Positions 29,755 to 41,002 are shown, numbered from the whole stretch's first letter. The stretch is 63,148 bases of DNA, filler included, from 7 parts of 7 records of this genome joined end to end with filler, not necessarily neighbours in it, one strand, 5' to 3'. The notes: generated by a model from the sequence alone, not told the origin. Program-made: numbers and translations.

Positions 29755-31713
29755 ATGAAAAAGATAATATTTACTATAGCAATTTTAATCACAGCCTGCA
29801 CAGGTATTCTGGCTAATACTATTACTGTTACTAATAATAATGAAAGTGGAGCGGGTTCTTTACGTCAAGCCATTATTGATGCAAACGATGGAGATGTAAT
29901 TGTATTTGATCAGCCCTATACCATCTATCTTACTTCACCAATAGCATTCGGTGATAAAAATATTACAATTGAAGGCAATGTAAATGGAGAATTGGTAAAA
30001 CTTGATGGTAATTTTCTGGATGAGGATAAAGATTGGGTTGATGATGATGGCGTATTTACAAACTTATTGTTAGTTATATCTTCAGGCGACTATACCGTTA
30101 ATATTAATAATATGGTTATACAAAATGGATCTGTATCTGATGATGATTGGGGTGGTGCCTGGGGAGGTACTGATATGTATTTTGGTGGAGGTATATATAT
30201 TGATTTAACAGAGGGAGGGTCATTAATAATGACAGGCTGTAGCATTCAAGATAATATACTTTCTCAAATGGATGAAGGTTATGATGGTGTTAATCAGGCT
30301 TACCTGCGAGGAGCTGGTATTTATTCTGTAAATGGTGGCAGTTTTGTGGATTGCACCATTAAAAACAATACAGCTATTGCAACTAACTTTTTTATTACCA
30401 ATTTTAACGGAGCAGGTGCTTATATCGAAGAAGGAGGGTCTTTTTCAAATTGCCTGATTGCAGGAAATCAAATGCTTTTAGCTCCCATAAATAATCTAAA
30501 TTCATTTATCGCAACAGGAGGTGGTCTTTATTTATCGGATAGAGCAGACGTAATAAACTGTGCAATTGTTGGTAATAATATAAAAAATATATCTGATGAA
30601 TTAACCGCGTATTCCACTCAAGCTGTTGCAGGTGGTATTTTTGCCCAAAATGCACATGTATATAATACAACAGTTGCTAAAAATGGGATATACAATATTT
30701 ATGAAAGGAGTGATCAGGATCTTATAATATGCGGTGGTGCAATAACTTCATATCTTACTATTGGAAATACAGCATATAACGATTATTGTAGTTATCAGAA
30801 CAATATTATATATAGTAATTACTGTTCTTCTGGTGATTATAACGATGGCACTTCTGCTCCTGAATTTACAAAATATATAGCGATATCAGATACTAGTGAT
30901 TTTGAAGGTACACAATTAGATGAAACCTGTATAATTCTTGAAGAAAACCCTTTCTTTGAATTACCTTCTGAAGGAGATGATGGCGAATGGGGTACTGATG
31001 ATGATAATTATGGTGATTTACGTCTTAAACAGAGTTCTCTATGTATCGACGCTGGCAATCCGGACGAAACGCAATTTGATGTATTATCTGCCGATTTCTA
31101 TGGCCGTCAGCGAATTGCCAATAGCATAATTGATATGGGCGCTGTAGAGTCGGCTAATATAGATTTTACCTATAATTTAAGCGGTTCAATTTGGGAAGGA
31201 ATAGACAAAAGCACATCAGGCAAAGTTTACGCGATTGATATTAATAATACAGGGGAATACGCAGCTGTTTGCGATTGGGATGAAGATGGAACTTTTGAGT
31301 TTAAGTATTTAGCATCAGGGGAATATTATTTGTACGCTGTACCCACTAATTCACAGGCATATCAGGAAACTTATTACGGAGATGAAACAAGCATTCAAAG
31401 TGCCATTTCAATAGCTGTGGATGATATTATTTATGATGTGGATATTCATTTGGTTGAAGCATTATCTACAAGCAATAATAACATCACATCTATGTCCATT
31501 CAATTATTCCCCAATCCTGCCAGTAGCTATTTGAATATTAAGTGCAAAGATGAAATAGAAAAAGTGGTTATTTATAACAGTTTTGGTAAAATAGAAACAA
31601 GCTACTTGGGGAATATTAAACAGTTAAATATTGATGAATTACGAAATGGTATTTACATTATATCTGTATTTCTTGAGAATGAAACCAAGAATCTTCAGTT
31701 TGTAAAAAAATAA
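29755..31713 (+). CDS. T9SS type A cargo protein, beta-helix / choice-of-anchor Q-like
   Basis: Signal peptide, GAGSLRQAI, GGGIY repeats, SLCIDAG..DMGAVE, C-terminal LFPNPA..GIYII..FVKK. Confidence 0.88.
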   Translation: MKKIIFTIAILITACTGILANTITVTNNNESGAGSLRQAIIDANDGDVIVFDQPYTIYLTSPIAFGDKNITIEGNVNGELVKLDGNFLDEDKDWVDDDGVFTNLLLVISSGDYTVNINNMVIQNGSVSDDDWGGAWGGTDMYFGGGIYIDLTEGGSLIMTGCSIQDNILSQMDEGYDGVNQAYLRGAGIYSVNGGSFVDCTIKNNTAIATNFFITNFNGAGAYIEEGGSFSNCLIAGNQMLLAPINNLNSFIATGGGLYLSDRADVINCAIVGNNIKNISDELTAYSTQAVAGGIFAQNAHVYNTTVAKNGIYNIYERSDQDLIICGGAITSYLTIGNTAYNDYCSYQNNIIYSNYCSSGDYNDGTSAPEFTKYIAISDTSDFEGTQLDETCIILEENPFFELPSEGDDGEWGTDDDNYGDLRLKQSSLCIDAGNPDETQFDVLSADFYGRQRIANSIIDMGAVESANIDFTYNLSGSIWEGIDKSTSGKVYAIDINNTGEYAAVCDWDEDGTFEFKYLASGEYYLYAVPTNSQAYQETYYGDETSIQSAISIAVDDIIYDVDIHLVEALSTSNNNITSMSIQLFPNPASSYLNIKCKDEIEKVVIYNSFGKIETSYLGNIKQLNIDELRNGIYIISVFLENETKNLQFVKK

Positions 31714-31785
31714 TTTCGTGATAAAAAGTGTAATTTCTTAATGGATTCATCTTTAATAGAATGAACCGAAAGTTAAAATAATGCA

Positions 31786-31812
31786 TAAAGCCCCGGCAAT
31801 ACCGGGGCTTTA
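31786..31812. terminator. Bidirectional terminator
   Basis: TAAAGCCCCGG-caata-CCGGGGCTTTA between convergent genes. Confidence 0.85.
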
Positions 31813-31847
31813 ACAATTCACATAAAAAATGTGTATCTAACCTAAAC

Positions 31848-34427
31848 CTATTTACTTTCTTCTTTTACAGGACTCATAACTACCTCTATCGAATCATAGT
31901 TTTTAAACCATTTTTTGGCAAATTTTTGTACACTTTTAGGAGTCATGCTATTAATTAATTCATTGTAGCTTTGGGTATCAGCAATTGGTTCTTCGTTTAT
32001 TAATGAGCCATACAATACAGATAACCAAAAGCTGTTTTCATGTTCGGCTTCTTCCCTGCTTTTAATATTATTTTTCTGAATCTCTTTTAAATCACCTGCC
32101 TTCACACCCTCTTTGATCAACTTATCAATTTCAGCCTTTAAAATAGAGGTCAGCTTTTCTCTTTTTTCAGGATCACAATCAAAATTCATTGTAATGGTAG
32201 CATGCTCATAATTACGCTTGGATATACTTGGACGCACTCCAACCCCGTAACTACCACCTTCTTCTTCCCTGATAGTTTCTAAATATCTTTTATCTAATAA
32301 ACTGGCAATAGTTCTGATATATATGCGAGTTTTTAGGCTGTAATTTACGTCATTATAAATGGTATAATATACCGTTGACTTGGGTACCTCCATTGGTCTG
32401 TAAATCTCTCTCTTGGTATGACCATTTGCTGGTTTGATTCCATAGTCTTTCCAGGTTTCCTCACGGTTTTGAGAAGATAAACTACCAATGTATTTTTGAA
32501 TCAAGGTCAAATCCTTCTCCATATCTAAATTACCAACGAAAATAAAAGTGAAATCGCTGGCATCCTGAAAACGATCTTTATAAACAGCCACTGCTTTATC
32601 AAAATCAATATTGTTTACAAACTGCTGATTAAACAACAAGTTACGAGGATGATAATTGGCCGATACCATGCTAATGGTATCTTTAAAGGCATTGCCATTA
32701 TCAGCATCTTTATACAACAAGCTGTTATTAATAGAAGCCATTACGGTTTCAAACATCTCTTTTTCGAAACGAGGATGTTCAAATTTCAAATACAATAGTT
32801 GCAACATCGTTTCAAAATCTTTAGGAGAGGCACTTCCGCTAAAACCTTCGGTATTTGTACCTAACACATTTTGAACACCCACGTGCTTACCTGTCAGCTT
32901 TTTCTCTAGTTGAACACCACTGAATTTACCTACACCGGACATACTAGCAATAGTAGTGGCCAAATCCGCGGACTCCAACTGATCTTGTGCCAGTACAGAA
33001 CTACCTCCTAAACTATAGGCACTAAAAATAATTTCATCCTTAGCATAATCCGTAGGAAGCAATACAACTCTGGCTCCATTTTCCAATGTATATAATTTTG
33101 CATCTGTACCTTCTACTGGTTTTTTACTTACAATCTTTTTTACTGCTAAATCCTCTTCAACCAAAGGACTCTCATCAGCATCATCTTCATAAGCTTCAAC
33201 TTCTGCTTTTTTAACTTCATCAAGTACACTTAAAAGCTCCTCTTTCGTTGGAAACTGAATTCCTTCCTTATCTGGTCCTGTAATAGAAAATAAACTATTG
33301 TTTATATTACTAAACTGGCTAAATAAGCTTTGAACCTCTTCTAAAGTAATAGTTGGAATTGTTTTCTGAGCAAAGTCTAATTCCCAATTCAGTGAAGGAA
33401 ATGGACTAGCTTCTAAAAAGTGATCGCCAAGTTGTTTTGCCCATGTTTCATTATCAATTTTATCATAACCATCCTGATAGCTCTCATAACTACGCAATAA
33501 TGAAGTCTTTGCTCTCTCGAATTCCGATGCCGTGAAACCGTGTCTTTGTGCACGTTCTATTTCAGTCATAATTAAAGCAAAAGCTTCCTTTTCCTTGTTT
33601 TCTTTTGGACTTACACTAATGTATGCACCATTTTTTGTTCGCGCCATTGTAAAATCACCAACCCACATACCTAAGGCTACACAATCCGGCTTACGTGTTA
33701 ATTCACCGAAACGGTTATTCATCATACTGTTAAAAATATTCTGAACAAGATTGTTACGTACGTAACTTTCATCTCTTAAGGTTTTAGTATCATGTCTGAA
33801 AATCCAGTTTAAAGATACGCCTTGGGCTTCTTTATCAGTAGCTACCACATAACCTAATTCTTCAGAATCCTCGACAGGAAAATAAACTCTTTCCGGAACA
33901 TCGGTTTTTACCGGTATTTTTGAAAACAGCGTCTTAATTTTATTTACCATCTGATCGGCATCCACATCTCCAACGACAACAACCGCCTGCAATTCCGGAC
34001 GATACCACTTGCCATAATAATCCTTTAACTCCTGATGCTCGAAATTATTAATTACATCCAACGAACCAATAACATCGCGCTTCGCATACTTTGAGTAATT
34101 ATAGGTCAACGGTCTGGTTTGTGCATTTAATCTGAATCGAGAGTTTCTTCGGGTTCTCCATTCCTCACGAATTACTCCTCTTTCCGGTTCAATTTCTTCT
34201 CCTTCCAACAGTAAACCTCCTGACCAATCTTGCAACACTAAAAGAGCAGAATCCAGCAAGTTTTCACGAGTAGTTGGAATATTACTTAGATTATAAACCG
34301 TTTCATCCAAGGCAGTATAAGCGTTGATATCACGTCCAAAAGCAATACCATTGGCTTCTAAATAATTTAACATTGATTTCCCGGGATAGTGCTCTAATCC
34401 GTTAAAAGCCATATGCTCTAAAAAGTG
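31848..34427 (-). CDS. M16 zinc metallopeptidase (PqqL-like), 5' partial
   Basis: HFLEHMAFNG (HxxEH) at the contig edge, INAYT, ERGVIREEWR, IREEEGGSYGV. Confidence 0.93.
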   Translation of the reverse strand, partial: HFLEHMAFNGLEHYPGKSMLNYLEANGIAFGRDINAYTALDETVYNLSNIPTTRENLLDSALLVLQDWSGGLLLEGEEIEPERGVIREEWRTRRNSRFRLNAQTRPLTYNYSKYAKRDVIGSLDVINNFEHQELKDYYGKWYRPELQAVVVVGDVDADQMVNKIKTLFSKIPVKTDVPERVYFPVEDSEELGYVVATDKEAQGVSLNWIFRHDTKTLRDESYVRNNLVQNIFNSMMNNRFGELTRKPDCVALGMWVGDFTMARTKNGAYISVSPKENKEKEAFALIMTEIERAQRHGFTASEFERAKTSLLRSYESYQDGYDKIDNETWAKQLGDHFLEASPFPSLNWELDFAQKTIPTITLEEVQSLFSQFSNINNSLFSITGPDKEGIQFPTKEELLSVLDEVKKAEVEAYEDDADESPLVEEDLAVKKIVSKKPVEGTDAKLYTLENGARVVLLPTDYAKDEIIFSAYSLGGSSVLAQDQLESADLATTIASMSGVGKFSGVQLEKKLTGKHVGVQNVLGTNTEGFSGSASPKDFETMLQLLYLKFEHPRFEKEMFETVMASINNSLLYKDADNGNAFKDTISMVSANYHPRNLLFNQQFVNNIDFDKAVAVYKDRFQDASDFTFIFVGNLDMEKDLTLIQKYIGSLSSQNREETWKDYGIKPANGHTKREIYRPMEVPKSTVYYTIYNDVNYSLKTRIYIRTIASLLDKRYLETIREEEGGSYGVGVRPSISKRNYEHATITMNFDCDPEKREKLTSILKAEIDKLIKEGVKAGDLKEIQKNNIKSREEAEHENSFWLSVLYGSLINEEPIADTQSYNELINSMTPKSVQKFAKKWFKNYDSIEVVMSPVKEESK

Positions 34428-34527
34428 NNNNNNNNNNNNNNNNNNNNNNNNNNNNNNNNNNNNNNNNNNNNTTAATTAATTAANNNNNNNNNNNNNNNNN
34501 NNNNNNNNNNNNNNNNNNNNNNNNNNN
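34428..34527. other. Artificial contig spacer
   Basis: N44-TTAATTAATTAA-N44. Confidence 0.99.
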
Positions 34528-35508
34528 AAGTGTTGGGCCGTCTTCAACAACCAAAACACGTTTTCCTTTTATCGCTTCAGGTTTTTCAACTATTATAGGG
34601 CTGGCTCCGTCGATGACTACTGCATTCGGATTAATTTTTAGAATGTTCTCGCGCAATTGTTGCACATTCTCCGGATGTGCTGTTTCTATTTTATTTATAA
34701 TAATAACATCAGCATTCAATACATTAACTTCACTCGGATAATAGGTCAACTCTGCACCAGTTCGGTGCGGATCGGCAACGGTTATGGTAAGGTCGGGCTT
34801 GTAAAACGGGAAGTCATTATTTCCTCCATCCCAAAGTATAACATCGCAACCATTTGGATCATTCTCAGCTTCACGTAAAATTGCTTCATAATCAACACCA
34901 GCATAAATAACGTTGCCTTGTTCTACATATGGTTCATATTCTTCCATCTCTTCAATGGTGCAATTATGCCTGGTTAAATCTTTGAGGGTAGCAAACCGCT
35001 GTATTTTTTGTTTTACCAGATTTCCGTAAGGCATTGGGTGACGTATGGCAACTGTTTTTAATCCTTTTGCCGTCAGTTCCTGTACAATTTTCCTACTGGT
35101 CTGACTTTTCCCACATCCGGTTCGGGTAGCACAAACGGCTATTACCGGTTTAGTACTTTTAAGCATGGTTTGATTGGGACTTAACAGCAAAAAATTTGCC
35201 CCTGCAGCATTCGCTTTGGCACACATTCGCATAACGTATTGATTGGGTACATCACTATACGAGAATACGCAAGTATCCACTTCGTTGTTCTTGATCAGCG
35301 AGTTCAGTTCTTCCTGTGCATAAATTGGTATGCCTTGGGAATAATGGCTTCCGGCAAGTTCTGCCGGATATTTTCGATCTTCAATATCCGGAATCTGTGC
35401 GGCAGTAAAAGCTACCACTTCGTAATCAGTATTATCCCTGAAAAAGGTATTAAAATTATGGAAATCCCTACCGGCTGCACCCATAATTATAACGCGTTTT
35501 TTATTCAT
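34528..35508 (-). CDS. Cyclic 2,3-diphosphoglycerate synthetase-like P-loop protein, 3' partial
   Basis: GAAGRDFHNFN, RTGCGKS, RHPMPYG, WDGGNND, VEDGPTL. Confidence 0.85.
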
Positions 35509-35653
35509 GCTGTTTAAGTTTTGTTTGCTATAAAATGTAGTTATCTTATGATGAATAAAAAAGGACAAATCTCATCCTTGAAGTAAGATCCCGGACAACA
35601 GGTATCAGTTACTTCTAACCGGATATTTGTAACAAGAGCTCAGATCTTGCAAT

Positions 35654-36457
35654 TTATAGTTCACCTGAATTTGAGTTAACCGACCTTATATCCTCAATCA
35701 ACGTACATATTTTCCTGTAGTGTGTTCCCTTCCAATAAAATTGGCCACAGCCTGTACATTGCCAGAAATCGTTGCACATTGTAAATGTATCGTTAGGAAC
35801 TTTGTCAATTACTTCTTCTTTGTTCACTGCTTTTAAGCCACTGTTACAGGTCGAACAACGCGAAAATGGGTTAAAAATGTTTTGTAACTGTAGTCGATCA
35901 ACTACCTCATGTAACTGATTCTTTGGTATAGCATTCCTAACCCAGTAGCCATGTTTTACAACTGAATGTTTTAAAATGCCTTTGTCTCTGGTTAAAATAA
36001 TTCGTTTCTCTTGCAACGAAATGTCTACAATTTCATCATCCGCGAGGTTATTTCGAAACAAGGTGTCGAAACCCAGCAATCGCAATTTCCGGGCAAGTTT
36101 CCCAAGGTTAACATCAACGATAAACCGAATAGTCCGTAAAGGTTTTGGCCGAAGTTTTACAATGGGCGAAATGTCGAGTGATTCAAACACCGGGTACACT
36201 GCAACTTTTTCTCCTCCTTTTAATAAAAAATCGAAACCCACCGATACTCCTTCTATCACAATCAAATCTACTTCAGAATGAGGTATGCCAATCGTTTCGA
36301 TGATATTTTTTACCGATGGAGTACCGGTAAATTCACATGCAACCGTATTTTTTCTACTTGATTTTGGCAGAAAATCATTCAACTCTTCATAAAACCTGAA
36401 CCAGGAAATCCGTTTTATGGGTTCATGTTTATTATGGTTGGCCGAATTATTCATCAT
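35654..36457 (-). CDS. Mut7-C ubiquitin-like plus PIN-like RNase domain protein
   Basis: RFYEELNDFL, GIPHSEVD, DVNLGKLARKLRLLGFDT, RCSTCN, CTGCGQFYWKGTHY. Confidence 0.9.
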   Translation of the reverse strand: MMNNSANHNKHEPIKRISWFRFYEELNDFLPKSSRKNTVACEFTGTPSVKNIIETIGIPHSEVDLIVIEGVSVGFDFLLKGGEKVAVYPVFESLDISPIVKLRPKPLRTIRFIVDVNLGKLARKLRLLGFDTLFRNNLADDEIVDISLQEKRIILTRDKGILKHSVVKHGYWVRNAIPKNQLHEVVDRLQLQNIFNPFSRCSTCNSGLKAVNKEEVIDKVPNDTFTMCNDFWQCTGCGQFYWKGTHYRKICTLIEDIRSVNSNSGEL

Positions 36458-36590
36458 AAGTAGTAGGATTGGATTTCCATAAAGGTACTACAAATACAAA
36501 ACGTATTGCTATACCTTATAGAATTATATGTGCCAGGGGGCGAAAACGAAGGAGGTTAAATCTTACAAAAATTGATAAATATAATTGTTC

Positions 36591-38552
36591 TTAAAAGTTA
36601 GACGGATGAGCTATCTTTGGTTTTAAAGAGGTGAAATTACGGAATAGTTCATAGTCTTTAAATACTACTTTAAACTGAAAACGCGATTCACTCCTGATCT
36701 CATTTAAGTAATATCCCATGTGAATGTGCATAGCAGGAAAAATCAAACTTTCATTTTTCATGCTCGTAGTAAATCCAATTAGTGAATAAGAATCGTACTC
36801 ATCCTGGAAAGAATCGGCATCTTTTATCCAGCCAATGTTAATAAAAGGATTAAATGAAAACCGGAAACCTGCAACTTCGCCCGGTGCATAAAACACCGGA
36901 TGGTAGTTTAGTTCCAGTTTGGCATCGCCAAAGATTCCAAATTCCTCCGGGTCGAATTCAAAATTGTCATAAACAATTGGTATAAGGTAACGAGGATTTC
37001 GAACGGCGGTATAGGCTATTTCGAAGAGGTTTCTTAGTTCAAATCGTCCTGCTTTACTTATGGGACTCAAGTAGTTCAACTTTAATCCGGTTACTATGTC
37101 TTCAAAATCAGAATTATAACGATAGAATCCAAGGTCGATTGCAGTTGAGAAAATACCTGCATTTTGGTAAAATTTTGAATAATTAAACCTGATTCCGGAA
37201 TAAGGCCGATCAATAAAGGAGGTATGTTCCCAGCCAAAGTTAAAATTCAGGTTAAAGCCTACCGGCACATCCTCTATGTTACCGAATTGAAACAGTTTAC
37301 TGGTTTTTATGTAGGAAACCTGTTGCAACGACAATGAAGCCAGGTATAAATCTTTATCGTGAAAAAGGTAATTGTATTCATATCCTTCATCCGGTATTTT
37401 TTTGTAGTTTTCTGAATAAAACCTTCCGGCAATATTCAGAAATGGTTTGGTTAGACTATTTTCAAAAAAAAATGAATACCCCAACCACAAATCAAACAGA
37501 TTCATATTGTATCGTTTATCCAGCGGATAGAGTTTTTCATTCGTATATCGTTTCGCTGACATTTTTTCGGAAAGTGATTCAAATATCAATTCTCCTCCAT
37601 ATTTTGTATTTGTTGTTATAAATGGCTTTTCTAATTCTGTTCTGAAAAAATCCTTGTCAAGTCCCTTGTTAAACCTTATTTCACTGTTTACAAATTGTCC
37701 GCCCATATTGTTTACGGCGTAATAAGCTCCGGAACCTACTTTCTTATCGGCATCACCGTCGTACTGAAAGAGTATTCCGGCTTTGTGTCCTAATCCCAGT
37801 AAATTCCGGGTATACGGCTCAATCTCAAAAGCATTATAATCCGTAATATCTCCTCCTATTCCAATAGGATACCTGTCTTTAACAATTATCAAAACATTAA
37901 CAGAATCTTCTGAACCTTCAACAGGAGTTATCTTTATTCTTGCATCTTCTATATAGGATAAATCCCGAAGCAGCCTTTCATTATCCGATAAAATTCGGGG
38001 ATTTACCTTCTGGTTGGCTTTAAAGGTTAAGTTGTTTCTTATTATTCGTTCTTTTGTAGGGCTGTAGGTTTTATTTAAAAACTTTCCTAGGCCAGACATC
38101 TCTACATCTGTGGTATCGAACAAATTTCCGTCAAGTATGGGAACCCCGTCAATGTATATTTCTTTAATAATACGGTCTTTATAAAATGTGTAATAATTAT
38201 CAGAGGGATTAAAGTCTTCCGGTAATTCTTCATTTAAACTATGAATTTGTCCCATTAAAAACCGAACATAGCGATTATGTAGACGTCTGACTGATTCTTT
38301 TTTTTCAGGTTTTCTTTTATAATATTCCGGTTTACGAACAAGAATATTCTTTACCAGCTGGTATTCCGTTCCTGTTTCAAGCAAAATAAGGGAATCATTA
38401 ATACCGTAATAAATCGTATCCTTGAGCATTAATAATTGATCGAATCCTATTCTTATACTGTCATGTTGCTGAGCTTTTAACAACAAGCTTGGATATAGCA
38501 GGATGAAGAGTAAAAAACCGTAGATAATATGTTTTTTTAAGGAACAATTCAT
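36591..38552 (-). CDS. Outer-membrane BamA/TamA-like protein
   Basis: Signal peptide, POTRA-like DNERLLRDLSYIEDARI, FGNIEDVPVG, barrel-like C-terminus. Confidence 0.65.
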   Translation of the reverse strand: MNCSLKKHIIYGFLLFILLYPSLLLKAQQHDSIRIGFDQLLMLKDTIYYGINDSLILLETGTEYQLVKNILVRKPEYYKRKPEKKESVRRLHNRYVRFLMGQIHSLNEELPEDFNPSDNYYTFYKDRIIKEIYIDGVPILDGNLFDTTDVEMSGLGKFLNKTYSPTKERIIRNNLTFKANQKVNPRILSDNERLLRDLSYIEDARIKITPVEGSEDSVNVLIIVKDRYPIGIGGDITDYNAFEIEPYTRNLLGLGHKAGILFQYDGDADKKVGSGAYYAVNNMGGQFVNSEIRFNKGLDKDFFRTELEKPFITTNTKYGGELIFESLSEKMSAKRYTNEKLYPLDKRYNMNLFDLWLGYSFFFENSLTKPFLNIAGRFYSENYKKIPDEGYEYNYLFHDKDLYLASLSLQQVSYIKTSKLFQFGNIEDVPVGFNLNFNFGWEHTSFIDRPYSGIRFNYSKFYQNAGIFSTAIDLGFYRYNSDFEDIVTGLKLNYLSPISKAGRFELRNLFEIAYTAVRNPRYLIPIVYDNFEFDPEEFGIFGDAKLELNYHPVFYAPGEVAGFRFSFNPFINIGWIKDADSFQDEYDSYSLIGFTTSMKNESLIFPAMHIHMGYYLNEIRSESRFQFKVVFKDYELFRNFTSLKPKIAHPSNF

Positions 38553-38783
38553 TGGGATGATATTCGGTAAACACTTTACTCCTCAAAGGTAAAAAAATAG
38601 AATGGAGACTATTGGATTTGATACAAGCATACCAGTTAATACTTTACAAAACAACGAAAATATATTAATTGCTCAAGGATAAGTCAGAATTCTTTGAAAA
38701 AAAATTATGTTTTATCCAATATGTTTATGGCGTTTAAAATTAATTGCCTTAAATTTGGTAAATCACAAACTAAACAACTAACT

Positions 38784-39875
38784 ATGAGACGATTTATTCC
38801 TATTATTCTACTGGCATTTTTAGCGGCCTGTAGCACTGAACAACAATCCGTTTTTACTTTCGATTCGTTCGCAAAACCAGAAACCAATCCAATTGTTCAG
38901 GCAGATTCGTCATTAACTTTTGTTTGTCCGGTTATAAATGACACGGTACAATGGCAAAAAGCCGATGTATTTAATCCTGGTGCTGTTGTAAAAGATGGTA
39001 AGGTACATTTGCTATTGCGCTGCGAGGATAATCCTGCTGCAATTCTGGGGGGCAGAACATCGCGATTGGGATTGGCATGGAGTGACGATGGTATTCATTT
39101 TACCAAACATCCGGAACCTGTTCTTTATCCCGGTAATGACCATATGAAGGCGTTTGATTATCCGGGTGGATGCGAAGACCCACGTGTCGTAGAAACTGAG
39201 GATGGCCGTTATGTAGTGGTTTACACCTCGTGGAATAACGATGTTGCGCGTATTAGTGTCGCAGTATCAAACGATTTGTTTAAATGGGAGAAAACCGGAC
39301 TGGCATTTGCAAAAGCGCACGATGGTAAATTTGTTGATTATTGGTCGAAGTCGGGCTCTATTGTTACAAAAATGAAAGGTGACCGACCTGTTGTGGCAAA
39401 GATCAATGGCAAATACTGGATGTATTGGGGTGAACAATTTGTAAACCTGGCCTGGTCGGAAAACCTCACAGACTGGACACCACTTCTGGACGAAAACGGA
39501 GAATTAAAGAGGGTTGCGTCTGTACGTTCTGGCAAATTCGATAGCCATTTGGTGGAATGTGGTCCACCGGCCTTACTAACCGATGAAGGAATTGTGCTGC
39601 TTTATAATGGAAAAAATTCTACCGAAGATGATTCAGATCCTAAGCTTCCCAAAGGCATGTACTCGGTGGGTAAACTCGTGTTTGATGCAAAAGATATGGA
39701 AAAAGTAATTTTTCGCTCAGAAGAGCCTTTCTTAAAACCATCGTTGCCGCACGAAATTACCGGACAATATGCTGCCGGAACAACCTTTGCCGAAGGGTTA
39801 GTGTATTTTAAAAATAAATGGTTTTTATATTACGGCACCGCAGACTCGTTTGTGGGAGTTGCGGTTTCGGAATAA
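38784..39875 (+). CDS. Glycoside hydrolase family 130 lipoprotein
   Basis: Lipobox LAAC; VFNPGA, GCEDPRV, SKSG, VECGPP, FAEGLV, YYGTAD. Confidence 0.9.
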   Translation: MRRFIPIILLAFLAACSTEQQSVFTFDSFAKPETNPIVQADSSLTFVCPVINDTVQWQKADVFNPGAVVKDGKVHLLLRCEDNPAAILGGRTSRLGLAWSDDGIHFTKHPEPVLYPGNDHMKAFDYPGGCEDPRVVETEDGRYVVVYTSWNNDVARISVAVSNDLFKWEKTGLAFAKAHDGKFVDYWSKSGSIVTKMKGDRPVVAKINGKYWMYWGEQFVNLAWSENLTDWTPLLDENGELKRVASVRSGKFDSHLVECGPPALLTDEGIVLLYNGKNSTEDDSDPKLPKGMYSVGKLVFDAKDMEKVIFRSEEPFLKPSLPHEITGQYAAGTTFAEGLVYFKNKWFLYYGTADSFVGVAVSE

Positions 39876-39902
39876 TACTCGGTACTTTACGTTTTTCACA
39901 GT

Positions 39903-40502
39903 CTAATCAATCCCTTTAATCTGGTCAATGGGTAAAACCGGCATGTCATCCATGTTTTGAAGAGCGTTGATCAATGCAACTTTTTGGTATTTTGAGAGAT
40001 CATTGATTGTAATACGACAAACCGAAATTTTACCTTTTTCTATAAGATTTGTTCTTTGGGTACCAGGGAGTAGGGGAGTGTCAGGAGTCCACCATTTTTC
40101 TCCGTCGTAAAAAATAATATTGGCAGTAAACGTGTCGGTAATGCATCCGTTTTTTACAATTATTACATCGTCGCAGTCGCCACGTTGTTCAAACAGTAGT
40201 TGTAAAGATGTACGGTCGGTATATTTATGTTGATAATTGATATCATCATTCTCAATCAATTTCAAGCATTTTATATTCCGAATCTCATGTGGTAAGAATT
40301 CGATTTTTTCTATAACATCGGAATACAGCACCCGGCAACGAAACAACCCTTTTTTATAATCTTCAGGAATTTGGATCTGATTTGATAAATGGATTTTTGC
40401 TTCATTGGAGAAATATTTTATTCGGGCTACATTTAATCTCGACTGATGATATTCCAGATTATGTAGTTTCCCGTTTTTACATTTTATCGTTTCCAGTAAC
40501 AT
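39903..40502 (-). CDS. pabC: 4-amino-4-deoxychorismate lyase (aminotransferase class IV)
   Basis: LLETIK, YHQSRLN, ANIIF, TPLLPGTQR, INAL; follows the pabB 3' end. Confidence 0.8.
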   Translation of the reverse strand: MLLETIKCKNGKLHNLEYHQSRLNVARIKYFSNEAKIHLSNQIQIPEDYKKGLFRCRVLYSDVIEKIEFLPHEIRNIKCLKLIENDDINYQHKYTDRTSLQLLFEQRGDCDDVIIVKNGCITDTFTANIIFYDGEKWWTPDTPLLPGTQRTNLIEKGKISVCRITINDLSKYQKVALINALQNMDDMPVLPIDQIKGID

Positions 40503-40593
40503 GTATTAATTGTTTTCAAAATCAGTTCTAATAATCGATGTTTTTATTTATTCGATTAAAACCAATTATTTTCAACTTATTATTTTTATCTAT

Positions 40594-40659
40594 CTATTTG
40601 AAAACCGGTATATATACCTTTTTAAGAAGTTCTTCGTATTCGCTTTTTGCATCGCTCAT
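40594..40659 (-). CDS. pabB: 3' end of aminodeoxychorismate synthase component I
   Basis: SDAKSEYEELLKKVYIPVFK-stop is a typical Bacteroidota PabB C-terminus, upstream of pabC. Confidence 0.7.
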   Translation of the reverse strand: MSDAKSEYEELLKKVYIPVFK

Positions 40660-40759
40660 NNNNNNNNNNNNNNNNNNNNNNNNNNNNNNNNNNNNNNNNN
40701 NNNTTAATTAATTAANNNNNNNNNNNNNNNNNNNNNNNNNNNNNNNNNNNNNNNNNNNN
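40660..40759. other. Artificial contig spacer
   Basis: N44-TTAATTAATTAA-N44. Confidence 0.99.
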
Positions 40760-40761
40760 AA

Positions 40762-40899
40762 AAAGGGATATCCAGGAGCCTTGAATCGATCCCGGAGCGC
40801 TTGAACCTCCCCAGCAAAAAAGATATGGAAAAACTCTCAAAAACCGTGCGAACCCTGAATACCAAACTCAACACCCTGACCAAACAATGTGCTGCCTGA
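40762..40899 (+). CDS. Phasin-like protein 3' end
   Basis: RLNLPSKKDMEKLSKTVRTLNTKL resembles the PhaI/PhaF LPS..D..L motif; next to phaR. Confidence 0.6.
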   Translation, partial: KGISRSLESIPERLNLPSKKDMEKLSKTVRTLNTKLNTLTKQCAA

Positions 40900-41002
40900 T
40901 ATTTATCTGAGTTCCAGGCCCACACTTCAAAAAGTTGGCCTGGAAACGGTAAATTTTCATTTTGAAAACCCCCTGAAAACTCACTCAACCTCGGAGGCAG
41001 TC

